DNA from: Eledone cirrhosa
Taxonomy: Eukaryota
Direction: 5' to 3'
Assembly (NCBI GenBank): GCA_964016885.1
Contig: OZ024743.1
Location: 39,308,001 to 39,372,000 of the forward strand
DNA: 64,000 nt
Positions 43,226 through 57,751 of the stretch are shown here, one piece after another. Position 1 is the first letter of the stretch. Each line of letters starts with the position of its first letter. The notes beneath the pieces are model-generated. The model searched no databases. It was not told the origin of the DNA and saw only the letters and a program-made list of their open reading frames with translations. A program made the translations under genes and the position numbers.

Positions 43226-45430
43226 TTATTGTTCATTTAGCTTGGGTTTGAATTTATCAATAAAATTCTTTTCTTTGATTTTTCTCTTGATTTCACTTGG
43301 GCTGTGTAATTTGTAGAATGGGAATATTATAAATATTCCCTGACCACATGTTGCTAGATGGTTACTTAGGGGTATCTGACGGACATTTGGGTCTCTGATT
43401 TGCTGACGGTGTACCCGTGCACGTTCCGATAGTGCATTTCCAGTTTGACCGACATATAGTTCTTCACAATTCGGGCATTTAATGCAGTAAATTAGATTTT
43501 TGCTTTTGCAATTCATATTTGCATTTGGGAATATTTTTCCATTTTTTTTTTCATATATTGACCGGCGTGTATGGATTGACATGTGCCGCATCGACTATCA
43601 TTGCATTTAGATACAGTGAATGATTGGTCTTTGTTGTTAAGGTCGAACTTTGCTTTTGTTAGTAGTTGCTTTACATATTTCGACTGTCTTTAACTAAGAG
43701 TCAAAGATCGATCTGTGATAAAGCCTTTTAATTCATTACTTTGAACAATGATCGGTAGGTTTGCTTTGGCAGTGTTGAAGATATTCTGGTGACATGGGTT
43801 CTGTGTCATTATAAAAGGTATGCCCAGTTCTTGGTTTCTTCTTCCTTGGGTTGTCCTAAGTTGTTGTATAGGTATTTTTATAGCCCGCTGTATGCCATTT
43901 TCTATAAGTAGAGATGGGTATTTTTGTTTGAGCAAAAATTCTCTTAGTTCTGTTAGGCGTTTGTACCTGGTATTCGTATCTTCTACAATGGTACAAATTA
44001 TTCTGGCTAGGCAGTATGGGATGTTGCGTTTTGTATGAGGTGGATGGCACGACTTAAAATCAGATATTGATGGGTGTCTGTGTGTATATGATATATATCT
44101 GTGGTAATGGTGGTGTCGTCTTTGATTATCATTATATCTAGGAATGGTAATTTGGTCCTACTCATCTCTTTTGTGAATTGGAGAGATTGGTGTAGGTTAT
44201 TCAGGAGGATATTGAACTCATCCAGACTATCTAGAGATTCTGTCCAGATGATGAAACAGTCGTCAAAGTATCTCCTCCAAGATTTTTCTATGTACTTTCT
44301 AAAGTCAGTACTATATTTTTCCTCTATTTCTTGGTAGATTTGTTGTTCTAAGTATCCCATTACAGAGTTTGCGTAAACGGGAGCAAACTTCGTTCCCATC
44401 GTAATTCTTTCCATTGAAGAAGAATGTGTTGTTTTCCAGAATAAGTTTAACTGCGTCTAATATAAATGGCGCTGTGATTCTGATGGGAATCACTTCTCTA
44501 TGTTTTCCCACCCAGTATTTAACCGCCTTTATTCCTAAATCATGTGTAACGTTGGTGTAAAGGCTTACCACATCAAAACTAAGTAGAAGTGAATTCGTTT
44601 CCGTGGTTTTGGGAAGATGGGACAGGAAGTCGATATCATCCCGGATGAAACTGGGTATGTGAATACATAGTGGTTTCAAAATAATATCAACAAAATTGCC
44701 TAGACGGTGGGTGGGGCATGTTGGACCAGCTATAATAGGTCTAAGTTTTAAGTCTTTTGGGTGTAGTAATTTAATGTACTCACTGTTTTGTTTTCTTACT
44801 GCCAGTTGTATTTCTTTCGACTTATGAACTTTCGGTAGGTCATACAGGTTGCTAGGTTTTGGCTCAAAATTGGTGATGTAGTCTCTTTCCTTATCAGTAA
44901 GAGAGTTGTGGTATTTTGAAGCCAGGTTCTTGATCTTTTTCATGATGTTGTGGTCTATATTTGACGGTATTTCATGATAGAATGTTGTGTCTTTCAGTTG
45001 TTACTCAACCAAATCCTTGTAGTATTCAGTATCCATTATGACAACTGCACCCCCTTAATCTGCTTGTTTAATTATTAATGTTTTATCATTTTGTATACGT
45101 TTAAGTGCAGACATTTCTGATTTGTTAATGTTTGGCCTAACATTATATTACGTCTGAGAGGAAATTTAGACAGGATGTCAATGTATTGGTCGAGATAGAT
45201 ATTTCTTCCTTTTGGCGGAGTGAAATTTGATTTATTCTTTTCTTGGGATTCATCACTCTCATTACTTTTATCAGCGAAGAATTCTACAAGACGTAATTTT
45301 CGACAGAATTTTTGGGTATCCTCCTTCAGTTCTTGGTGGTTGACTGTTGGAGTCGGTGTGAATTTCAGTCCGTTTGACAGAATTTGCATTTCATCATTGT
45401 CAAGATCTCTTTTGGATAAATTAATTATTT
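43226..45430 (-). pseudogene. Frameshifted PLE RT-GIY-YIG ORF
   Basis: IINLS..E..ILSNGLKFTP, YDLPKVHK, LRPIIAG, SFDVVSLYTNV, MGTKFAP.YAN, WRRYFDDCFIIW, LPFLD, LIYCIKCPNC..LYVGQTG. Multiple stops and frameshifts. Confidence 0.93.
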
Positions 45431-45640
45431 TAGGATCTACGTGTACAGTTGTTTTGGGTATGTTTCCTCCTGGAGTTTTTCTTTTTCGGTTTTTGTTGTC
45501 CTGACGTTAAACAATGGATTTTTCTCTGTTCAGGATTTATATTCCTGTTGGTGTTCGCTTGATGCACTTTTGGTCGTGATATTATATTTTTGTTTCGTTA
45601 TGTATTTTGTCCTATTTTTGGTATTATGTATATTATTTTT

Positions 45641-46780
45641 CTATTTCTTGTTAGCATTGTTTTTAACAATCTGGGGAAATGACCTAGGTTTGCTTTCAGG
45701 TTTAGATCGTTTTTTCGCCCAGTTTCTTGTGGGTAATCTCTGTTGATATCTTGAGAGTGATCTGGTTATTCTACGTTTTGCTTCCACATTCCTTGTGGGT
45801 AGTCTCTGTTGAGATCTTGAGAATGATCTCCTGGTTTTAATACTTCTCATGGTCTGGTAAAAGGAATATCTATCGTGTTTGTGCTTTTTGTTCATGTTGT
45901 GTACGATAGGGTGTTTTTGTAGAAAAAGCGAAGAGTTATTACCGTAGTTCTTCTTTGATTCAAGGTAAAGTGAGTGTTTGTGTTGGCACGTGTTCTGGCG
46001 TATGTTGTGTTGGTGAGATTGTCCACTTTTAATGCTTTTTCTCAGGGTTCCAGGGTCTTTACCGTAATTTGCAGCATATTCGTCGAGAAATAATTGTTTC
46101 TGCTGCCACACCTTTCTTGATTTGTTTTCTTCTTTTGAGATATCTCTGATCCATAGTTCCCGTAGTTGTTCAGCTATAATAGCAGTCGTTAGCTTTGAAA
46201 TTTCAACTTCAATTTGGTCATCGATAGCTTCATATTTGGCTTTGTAGCGGGATTGTTTACATTGAGAAATGGAGATGTCGGTCCTGAATTTGGTCAATGT
46301 AAGTTCCCATCGGAGTTTTGTTTCTTCTTCTGGTTCTCCTGCAATTTCTGTAATTAGGTATTTACGAGGGAGTATGGGTGCCGTTAGAGAGAGCCATTTC
46401 GAATGTGTTTCGACATATTTTTCGCATTTGTATTCTTTCCAGAAGTTTTGTTTTCTTATGTTAAGAAATGTTTTCCATGTCTTCCACATTTCTTTTATTA
46501 TTCGATGTGTTTTGTTTTCCAAAATTCTTTCGTTTAGTTCTGACATCCAAGGTAGGCTTTCTCTTGTATCTTTGATAACTGTTGGTATAATTTCAGCTAA
46601 ATTCTTAATTTCAGAGTTTATATGTTCAGTTATAAGTGTTCGGTCTGTAGATTCTTTTTCTATTTCCTTTAAAATAGAGGATTGTGTGTCAATCATCGTA
46701 ATAAGTGTTGATAATTTCGATGATATCTCCTTTAGAATTCTTTCTGATTCTGTTGATTTCATTTGTTGCTTTCCAGACAT
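45641..46780 (-). CDS. Large upstream ORF / N-terminal extension of family A PLE (helical, coiled-coil-like, then basic low-complexity tail)
   Basis: 379-aa open frame starting at GCCAACATG, just downstream of the 5' pLTR. E/K/L/I-rich. Same frame continues past TAG and TGA to ~45437. Confidence 0.7.
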   Translation of the reverse strand: MSGKQQMKSTESERILKEISSKLSTLITMIDTQSSILKEIEKESTDRTLITEHINSEIKNLAEIIPTVIKDTRESLPWMSELNERILENKTHRIIKEMWKTWKTFLNIRKQNFWKEYKCEKYVETHSKWLSLTAPILPRKYLITEIAGEPEEETKLRWELTLTKFRTDISISQCKQSRYKAKYEAIDDQIEVEISKLTTAIIAEQLRELWIRDISKEENKSRKVWQQKQLFLDEYAANYGKDPGTLRKSIKSGQSHQHNIRQNTCQHKHSLYLESKKNYGNNSSLFLQKHPIVHNMNKKHKHDRYSFYQTMRSIKTRRSFSRSQQRLPTRNVEAKRRITRSLSRYQQRLPTRNWAKKRSKPESKPRSFPQIVKNNANKK

Positions 46781-46976
46781 GTTGGCATATACACAATAGA
46801 AATATATATAGAGATAGATGAATATACATGGGTGTGTATGATTGTGTATAGAAGATTATATTAATAAGAGGAATTCCAACTTTGTCTGATTTACTCGTTT
46901 TATTTACAATACTTTAAAATTTATAATGGTATTATAATGAAATAGTATGATAGAATATTAAATGTTAAGTGTTAAT

Positions 46977-47015
46977 TGAACAAGTACTTTCATGCTTTCG
47001 CAATCTTCAGGTTCA
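46977..47015 (-). ncRNA. Minimal hammerhead, family A (5' pLTR)
   Basis: Identical to reverse complement of 9621-9659. Confidence 0.87.
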
Positions 47016-47452
47016 TGATGTGTGGTGACAGTCATGTTTGCAATTTTCAACTGTAATGAGATGGGTAAATTTTGTACCTTATATACAGTGAAAAGTAGCT
47101 CCAGAATGCTAAATATTGCAAACCGTATTTCGACCAATCGGTGTGTAGTTTCACTGAATTACTAAAGCTGATTGGTTAGGCGTCACGGTTGGTTGAGCAT
47201 GTCTAACGACCACTAATTGATCCTATCCAAAGCATCAATTGTTTTGGTATTTTTAGAAATGATGAAAAGAGAATTTTCTAGTAATCTTCACCATCAACAT
47301 CACTTTTATTATTATTATTATTGTTGTTGTTGTTAGTGGTCATAGTCGACATGGTCGTAGTCATAGTCATAGTAGAAGTAATACCACTACGGATTATTAT
47401 TGTTCATTTAGCTTGGGTTTGAATTTATAAATAAAATTATTTTCTTTGATTT

Positions 47453-49399
<1,947 letters not shown>

Positions 49400-50543
49400 A
49401 CTCTTATTATTCTCTTTATAATTACCCTTTCTGATTTACTTTAATTTTTATCCTTATTATTAATTTCATTTATTTTTATTTTTATTTTCATTTTTATTTT
49501 TATATATTTTATATTTTTACTTCACATCCACCAATAACCCCCACCTCTTTATTCTCCGATTCATTTACCTAATATCTTCACTTGCCATGTTTTACTTCCC
49601 TATTTGCTTCACTAACTGATTACACCATCACTTGCGTTTTCCACTCCATATATTTTTATTTTTTATTTTTTTATTTTTGCGCAGCCAATATTACAATTTT
49701 ATATTTGTAATTTTATATTTGTACTTACTTATCCACACGTGTTTTACACCCTGTATCTATGTGTCTGAACGCCTTAATGTGTGTATACTTTCTATATATG
49801 TACATGAGCGCCTACGTAAGGTGCGCGCGCGTGCGTGTATATATATATATATATATATGTATGTGTATGTGTTTGTGTGTTTATATCCGTGTTTTTACAT
49901 CTAGGTTTTATGTTTTGTTTCTTTTTTCTTCTCCCCCTATTTTTACATCCTCTTTTTTATGCGTGTGCATGCAAACAGGTCAATATGCGTGGGTCTAAGT
50001 ATGTGTGTGTGTGTGTGTGTGTACGTATCGAACGTATGGATGTGTAAGTGTGCGTGTGTATATAAGCATGTATATTTTTGCGTTTCTTGTGTGAGATATA
50101 CGCGTGTGTGTATGCGTGTACCTTGTTTGTCTTCTTTTCTTTAATTTTTTCTTTCTAAATTATTGTTCCATTTTTATAAATATATCGAGATTAATACTTT
50201 CCTTTAATTATTAAACTCCCTTACCTCTTTTACTTCCGCATATAAGTGGACGTGTGTGTAGGTGTGTTTTAGCGCGCGCCTTCATATTCTTATGATGTAT
50301 CTATTCTGTCTGTAGATTACAGATACAGAGATACATTTGCTCTAAATTATATATTTACGCACACTTTTTCACTATACGTATACATATGTGCATACACATA
50401 TATGCACATCTGTGAGCGTATATACATACATATACACACACCTAACTATATTTCTTGAAAGATTTTTATATATTTCAGATTCTAATTCATTTGTCTGTAT
50501 TTTTTTTTTTTGCTTTTCTTGATGAGACTTTCCCATGTTTTAT

Positions 50544-50621
50544 ATTGCCTCGTCTGACGAACGAATGAAGACGTTTCTTTCGTATTCGCCTCATTTGGGA
50601 AACCTATGGTAATGAGGTAAT
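50544..50621 (+). ncRNA. Hammerhead-like motif, family C (atypical stem II)
   Basis: 10-bp stem I AUUGCCUCGU/AUGAGGUAAU, CUGACGA, GAAA-CC uau GG-U A. The stem II hairpin does not close directly on GAAA. Confidence 0.55.
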
Positions 50622-50721
50622 TATATTGTATTGATTTTTATACATAAAATGTTGCTCTGGTACTTACATAGATCACTCTTCACTTCTATGACCCTTTCTG
50701 TTTTCAACGGAAATTTCAATA

Positions 50722-50758
<37 letters not shown>

Positions 50759-50760
<2 letters not shown>

Positions 50761-50955
50761 CGAAGGAAATCTGGTAAGGAACCAAGTGGACCATAACGCA
50801 CCAAAGTACTCAATACTTAGGGGAGTAGAGTGGGTAATAGGAACGAGTAGGACCCCGACGGCTGAGCTCAAGCCGTTTCGACGGCTATTTCTGGACTAAA
50901 ATCCAGAATTAGCCGTCGAAACGGCTTGAGCTCAGCCGTCGGGGTCCTACTCGTT

Positions 50956-50960
<5 letters not shown>
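50759..50960. mobile_element. Family F terminal fragment with ~60-bp fold-back
   Basis: 50837-50895 mirrored at 50902-50960. Truncated within HHR stem II. Confidence 0.8.
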
Positions 50961-51012
<52 letters not shown>

Positions 51013-51017
51013 ACATA

Positions 51018-51100
<83 letters not shown>

Positions 51101-51204
51101 AGATTTGAATGGATACAGTTTAGTTGAAAGGAATTTATTGACACGTGTTTCTATAACAGTTACATAACCTAAAACAGCTATCTACAAACTTTTAGTTATG
51201 GAGA

Positions 51205-51250
51205 CATTCAATATTTCAATGTTATTGTTTACTGTCATTTCATCAGAATA
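51205..51250 (-). ncRNA. Minimal hammerhead-like motif, family B
   Basis: Reverse complement of 58345-58390. Confidence 0.6.
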
Positions 51251-51843
51251 ATATTACTGAGGACCTATTTAGTTTTTATAGAGAATATTAGGAGGAAGGG
51301 GTGAAGTTGTTAGAAGAATAGTTGAAGGAGTGGTTTTTCGATAGCAGTGAGAATTCTTGGTGGCAGTGATTAATTAGATTCCCATCTGTTGTTTTGACAT
51401 TTTTTATAGAATATATTATTGGTTATTTTTCTAAATCTATAGAAGGATTAGAGATAGTAAAGATATGCGTGGTTGGTTTTGTGTTTGCACTTAACATTCA
51501 GACTTAAATTTTTCTTTCAAGTGTACGTATTCTTTCACCCACGCATTCACACACAAATATATTTGCACACCTCTACAAAATACATATACTCACAATTCAC
51601 ATATTCATACTTACATATATATACACATGCATACACATATATATACACACATGTATTCATGTACATACATACGCGCTCATGTGTATACATTTTCATACTC
51701 AACTTATCTTTATATATACACACGTATAGACACACACATATATACATACATACTCTAGTCCATGTGTACACACATACACATACATACACATCCATATACA
51801 CATACATACATACACATATATATATATACATATATACATATAC

Positions 51844-51874
<31 letters not shown>

Positions 51875-51897
51875 CACATACATATATACACACATAT

Positions 51898-51930
<33 letters not shown>

Positions 51931-52199
51931 AGCACTTTAATACATGAATACACTTACATCTAACTATACACATCAAACATATATATATATTTACTTATTT
52001 ATATACATTTTCACATATATATACATACTTATGGACGTTTTTAGACACATTCATTATCGCATATTTGTACCTATTCTCATCAGCATATCTTTTCATTATT
52101 AGTATGGTAATTTAAGGTTATTAATATATGTTGAGAAGAGATTGTTTTTATATTTTTCTAACTAGATTAAGGTTTATATAGTTGGGGGATGTCCCTCTT

Positions 52200-54521
52200 T
52201 TATGTAATATTCTGCTTGTAGTGGGAAAAAAGGGTTTTAGTTCTGTGACGGCAGAATAATGTTCGTTCAATTCTGTTATTCAGCAGTTTCTTCTTGTGTG
52301 TGATTATGTAATAAATCTCAAGATTACACAATTTGCAGAAATTTTGGCTCCTGGAAAAGCTCTGGGTTTTAGCTAATTTTTCCCATTTTAGGGTAAACTT
52401 TTGATTGCTATCCCTGAGCGTCCAAGCTTTTTCTGCTAAAGTTGTTACATTTCTTTGGCTCTGGTGTTTTATTGAGTAAGAATGCCTATACAATCGAGAT
52501 TTAAACGATGTTGCCGTTGATCCCACGTAATACCACTCGTTGCCTCCGGATTTAATGGTACACTTATAAATAATATTTTTTTCCAGGCAGTTATTGCCGA
52601 GGGGGCAGTTGTCAGGATAGGTGCAGTTACAGTTGTGTACGTTGGGTTTTCTCTGGAGTAGTATTGCGGACGAACTTAGGTGTGGTTTATTTATGTTCTG
52701 TAGTGTATTGTCTACTGTTTTTTTGGGGTTCTTTGTACTTAGGTTCTTAGTGTTTTCGTTTAACCTTCTAGTATTGATCTTTTTTATGTGTTGTTCAAGG
52801 TTTAACGCTGTAGAGTATGACAGTCTTATAGTGGTAGGGTTTAGGATTTTGTGGTATTTGTGTGATGTGGGAAAATGTCTTTTAATTATTTTAAAGAAGA
52901 GTACTGGTAAATTTGTACTAATGGAGCTATTGTATTCGGGGTTATACCATAAGTACTCTTTGCATCGCTTTCTATTAGTTTTGTTTGTTGGTTTACTGGT
53001 GTGCATACTATGGTAGTAAGTGTGGTTTGGTGTTGTGTTATTATATCTACCTATGTGGGATTTATTTTGGGTGTTTTGATTGTTCCCATCTATGTACTCT
53101 ATTTTGTTGAGGTAGCCTGCTTTACTAAGGGCGTTATCGTAGTACTCGGCGTGTTCCTTAAATACTTGTATGTTAGAAGATAGACCCGAGATTCTAAGGG
53201 AAATATTTTTAGGGATAGATTTAATTATAGAGATGGGGTGGTTAGACCCAACATTTACGTATTTGAGATTTTCATTCAATTTATGAAACGGTTTAATCAA
53301 ACCAGAGTTTAAATTGAGTGTGACATCCAGGAAGTTAACTACTTTAAGGTTGTATTCATATGTTGTAGTTAGTCCTATTTCGAGTAGTAGTTTTCTTATA
53401 TCTTTGCGTAGTTTTTCTAGTTTTTGGTTATTAAGGTTTTTAGCTAGGAGGAGAACATCGTCGCGGTATATTCCGCCGTGGAGATTGCTGAATTTTTCCT
53501 GGAGTCTAAAGGCGATAAATAACCCCACAATATCAGTTATTTCCGCCGAATCGTTAGAGCCCATTGTTATGTCAAAGTTAGAGGGTCTATCTTTACGTAC
53601 CCAATAACTGTTCTCAAATTTAACTATAGTTTTCCTAGCTTCTAATATAATCTTAATTTCATCGTTTGTAAGGTCGGAGTTATCCTTAGCAAACTTAATG
53701 GCTCTATTCAAAGTTTCAGGTGATATCGATGAGTAATATTCATCGATATCAAACTGGATAAACTTAGATTTATTCTTATTGCTAATGCTATTAAACCATC
53801 TTATTGCTTCTTGGGTCTTCCCCCAGAGTTTAATGTTAACCTTAGCCTTAATTTGGGGGATGATTCTATCTAAGATATATTTGCTTATTTTACCTATATC
53901 TGATTTAGAGGGGCAGATTAATCTAATTTTAGGGTCATTATCAAAGTTTACCTTGTGGTCCTTAAGATTGAAAGTGGGTACCGCCGGTAAGAGTGGTCCT
54001 GTCCTATCTTCGATTCCGAGATTTTTCACTATTTCGCATGCCTCATCATTGATGTGCTTAAGGGTTACTTCACTCGTTTTTCTATATTTTTTATGTAATT
54101 CTTTTCGAATGAAGTTGTTGTATGTAGTGCAATCCATAGTGTACAGGTTTGATGTTTTGTCCGCTTTTACTACAATTCCTTTGGTGTTTTTAAGGTCGTC
54201 CAGTAGTTTTTTTATATCTTTCTGTAATTTGCTGTTGGTGTTGCGTCCTTTGAATTTAATTTTAAGGATTAAGTTCATAAGGTCCTGCTCAAATGCATCT
54301 AATAGTGGGTTGGTGGGTGGGTTTTTACAAGTCCTAAAACCGAATTTTTTGTTTACACCACTTTCTAATGTTGAGTTCATACGGCTTCTATCATAGTGGA
54401 GCGTTTTCCACCTGACACGTCGAATGAATTCATTAGTTTTTTGAATCATGCTCAATAAATATTCCTTTCTACCTTGGGTTGGTATGTTTTTGAGTGACAT
54501 ATCCAGGTAGTGTTTTTCCAT
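52200..54521 (-). CDS. Intact Naiad-type PLE polyprotein: reverse transcriptase + GIY-YIG endonuclease (773 aa)
   Basis: SLKNIP N-terminus, KADKT, LKDHK, QFDIDEYYSSI, FDITMGSNDSAE, GIYRDD, VNFLD, WYNP, CNC....CPL...C, IIY..YVG, CKLC..E, CRH. Uninterrupted. Confidence 0.97.
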   Translation of the reverse strand: MEKHYLDMSLKNIPTQGRKEYLLSMIQKTNEFIRRVRWKTLHYDRSRMNSTLESGVNKKFGFRTCKNPPTNPLLDAFEQDLMNLILKIKFKGRNTNSKLQKDIKKLLDDLKNTKGIVVKADKTSNLYTMDCTTYNNFIRKELHKKYRKTSEVTLKHINDEACEIVKNLGIEDRTGPLLPAVPTFNLKDHKVNFDNDPKIRLICPSKSDIGKISKYILDRIIPQIKAKVNIKLWGKTQEAIRWFNSISNKNKSKFIQFDIDEYYSSISPETLNRAIKFAKDNSDLTNDEIKIILEARKTIVKFENSYWVRKDRPSNFDITMGSNDSAEITDIVGLFIAFRLQEKFSNLHGGIYRDDVLLLAKNLNNQKLEKLRKDIRKLLLEIGLTTTYEYNLKVVNFLDVTLNLNSGLIKPFHKLNENLKYVNVGSNHPISIIKSIPKNISLRISGLSSNIQVFKEHAEYYDNALSKAGYLNKIEYIDGNNQNTQNKSHIGRYNNTTPNHTYYHSMHTSKPTNKTNRKRCKEYLWYNPEYNSSISTNLPVLFFKIIKRHFPTSHKYHKILNPTTIRLSYSTALNLEQHIKKINTRRLNENTKNLSTKNPKKTVDNTLQNINKPHLSSSAILLQRKPNVHNCNCTYPDNCPLGNNCLEKNIIYKCTIKSGGNEWYYVGSTATSFKSRLYRHSYSIKHQSQRNVTTLAEKAWTLRDSNQKFTLKWEKLAKTQSFSRSQNFCKLCNLEIYYIITHKKKLLNNRIERTLFCRHRTKTLFSHYKQNIT

Positions 54522-54795
54522 TGTTGTGGTTGCGTTTGCTGTGTGGGTTGCTCGACTTTACAGGAGGTAAATATACAGTTTTTTCCGTTGTGTTGTAATA
54601 TAAATATTACACACAGTAGATTATCAGCTCACGTAGAGTTTGCTCGACGGTTCCAGTTGTAGTTCCAAAAGTAATCCGGAGAAAAATAGAAAGATTTGAA
54701 TGGATACAGTTTAGTTGAAAGGAATTTATTGACACGTGTTTCTATAACAGTTACATAACCTAAAACAGCTATCTACAAACTTTTAGTTATGGAGA

Positions 54796-54841
54796 CATTC
54801 AATATTTCAATGTTATTGTTTACTGTCATTTCATCAGAATA
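54796..54841 (-). ncRNA. Minimal hammerhead-like motif, family B (upstream pLTR)
   Basis: Reverse complement of 58345-58390. Confidence 0.6.
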
Positions 54842-55434
54842 ATATTACTGAGGACCTATTTAGTTTTTATAGAGAATATTAGGAGGAAGGGGTGAAGTTG
54901 TTAGAAGAATAGTTGAAGGAGTGGTTTTTCGATAGCAGTGAGAATTCTTGGTGGCAGTGATTAATTAGATTCCCATCTGTTGTTTTGACATTTTTTATAG
55001 AATATATTATTGGTTATTTTTCTAAATCTATAGAAGGATTAGAGATAGTAAAGATATGCGTGGTTGGTTTTGTGTTTGCACTTAACATTCAGACTTAAAT
55101 TTTTCTTTCAAGTGTACGTATTCTTTCACCCACGCATTCACACACAAATATATTTGCACACCTCTACAAAATACATATACTCACAATTCACATATTCATA
55201 CTTACATATATATACACATGCATACACATATATATACACACATGTATTCATGTACATACATACGCGCTCATGTGTATACATTTTCATACTCAACTTATCT
55301 TTATATATACACACGTATAGACACACACATATATACATACATACTCTAGTCCATGTGTACACACATACACATACATACACATCCATATACACATACATAC
55401 ATACACATATATATATATACATATATACATATAC

Positions 55435-55465
<31 letters not shown>

Positions 55466-55488
55466 CACATACATATATACACACATAT

Positions 55489-55526
<38 letters not shown>

Positions 55527-55794
55527 GCACTTTAATACATGAATACACTTACATCTAACTATACACATCAAACATATATATATATTTACTTATTTATATA
55601 CATTTTCACATATATATACATACTTATGGACGTTTTTAGACACATTCATTATCGCATATTTGTACCTATTCTCATCAGCATATCTTTTCATTATTAGTAT
55701 GGTAATTTAAGGTTATTAATATATGTTGAGAAGAGATTGTTTTTATATTTTTCTAACTAGATTAAGGTTTATATAGTTGGGGGATGTCCCTCTT

Positions 55795-56664
55795 TTATGT
55801 AATATTCTGCTTGTAGTGGGAAAAAAGGGTTTTAGTTCTGTGACGGCAGAATAATGTTCGTTCAATTCTGTTATTCAGCAGTTTCTTCTTGTGTGTGATT
55901 ATGTAATAAATCTCAAGATTACACAATTTGCAGAAATTTTGGCTCCTGGAAAAGCTCTGGGTTTTAGCTAATTTTTCCCATTTTAGGGTAAACTTTTGAT
56001 TGCTATCCCTGAGCGTCCAAGCTTTTTCTGCTAAAGTTGTTACATTTCTTTGGCTCTGGTGTTTTATTGAGTAAGAATGCCTATACAATCGAGATTTAAA
56101 CGATGTTGCCGTTGATCCCACGTAATACCACTCGTTGCCTCCGGATTTAATGGTACACTTATAAATAATATTTTTTTTTCCAGGCAGTTATTGCCGAGGG
56201 GGCAGTTGTCAGGATAGGTGCAGTTACAGTTGTGTACGTTGGGTTTTCTCTGGAGTAGTATTGCGGACGAACTTAGGTGTGGTTTATTTATGTTCTGTAG
56301 TGTATTGTCTACTGTTTTTTTGGGGTTCTTTGTACTTAGGTTCTTAGTGTTTTCGTTTAACCTTCTAGTATTGATCTTTTTTATGTGTTGTTCAAGGTTT
56401 AACGCTGTAGAGTATGACAGTCTTATAGTGGTAGGGTTTAGGATTTTGTGGTATTTGTGTGATGTGGGAAAATGTCTTTTAATTATTTTAAAGAAGAGTA
56501 CTGGTAAATTTGTACTAATGGAGCTATTGTATTCGGGGTTATACCATAAGTACTCTTTGCATCGCTTTCTATTAGTTTTGTTTGTTGGTTTACTGGTGTG
56601 CATACTATGGTAGTAAGTGTGGTTTGGTGTTGTGTTATTATATCTACCTATGTGGGATTTATTT
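55795..56664 (-). pseudogene. 5'-truncated tandem copy of family B ORF C-terminus
   Basis: Matches 52200-53066 except for a homopolymer length change at ~56171-56179 that shifts frame. Confidence 0.92.
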
Positions 56665-57393
56665 AGCTCCATTAGTACAAATTTACCAGTACTCTTCTTT
56701 AAAATAATTAAAAGACATTTTCCCACATCACACAAATACCACAAAATCCTAAACCCTACCACTATAAGACTGTCATACTCTACAGCGTTAAACCTTGAAC
56801 AACACATAAAAAAGATCAATACTAGAAGGTTAAACGAAAACACTAAGAACCTAAGTACAAAGAACCCCAAAAAAACAGTAGACAATACACTACAGAACAT
56901 AAATAAACCACACCTAAGTTCGTCCGCAATACTACTCCAGAGAAAACCCAACGTACACAACTGTAACTGCACCTATCCTGACAACTGCCCCCTCGGCAAT
57001 AACTGCCTGGAAAAAAATATTATTTATAAGTGTACCATTAAATCCGGAGGCAACGAGTGGTATTACGTGGGATCAACGGCAACATCGTTTAAATCTCGAT
57101 TGTATAGGCATTCTTACTCAATAAAACACCAGAGCCAAAGAAATGTAACAACTTTAGCAGAAAAAGCTTGGACGCTCAGGGATAGCAATCAAAAGTTTAC
57201 CCTAAAATGGGAAAAATTAGCTAAAACCCATAGCTTTTCCAGGAGCCAAAATTTCTGCAAATTGTGTAATCTTGAGATTTATTACATAATCACACACAAG
57301 AAGAAACTGCTGAATAACAGAATTGAACGAACATTATTCTGCCGTCACAGAACTAAAACCCTTTTTTCCCACTACAAGCAGAATATTACATAA
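56664..57393 (+). pseudogene. Inverted 5'-truncated copy of family B ORF C-terminus (linker + GIY-YIG)
   Basis: SSISTNLP...YKQNIT matches the intact ORF except for one Q>H change. Confidence 0.93.
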
Positions 57394-57662
57394 AAGAGGG
57401 ACATCCCCCAACTATATAAACCTTAATCTAGTTAGAAAAATATAAAAACAATCTCTTCTCAACATATATTAATAACCTTAAATTACCATACTAATAATGA
57501 AAAGATATGCTGATGAGAATAGGTACAAATATGCGATAATGAATGTGTCTAAAAACGTCCATAAGTATGTATATATATGTGAAAATGTATATAAATAAGT
57601 AAATATATATATATGTTTGATGTGTATAGTTAGATGTAAGTGTATTCATGTATTAAAGTGCT

Positions 57663-57695
<33 letters not shown>

Positions 57696-57718
57696 ATATG
57701 TGTGTATATATGTATGTG

Positions 57719-57751
<33 letters not shown>

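Larger units (their letters stand above)
42693..47451 (-). mobile_element. Full-length, decayed Neptune-type PLE (family A) with pseudo-LTRs (~42693-43290 and ~46858-47451)
   Basis: The upstream repeat contains the ORF 3' end plus 3'UTR (partial tandem). RT and GIY-YIG are in frameshifted pieces. HHR in each pLTR; both ends in (TA)n. Confidence 0.93.

Noticed and set aside
46269-46799. Antisense ORFs over PLE coding regions (also 52621-53016, 53779-54396)
   Set aside because: Shadow frames of A-rich coding strands with no independent signals.
49800-49840. AUGA-N10-AA as possible SECIS for family C
   Set aside because: No downstream GA to form the quartet, and it folds as a simple local hairpin.
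56064-56972. 302-aa ORF spanning the inversion junction
   Set aside because: Chance fusion of an antisense shadow frame with a truncated sense fragment, created by the fold-back.
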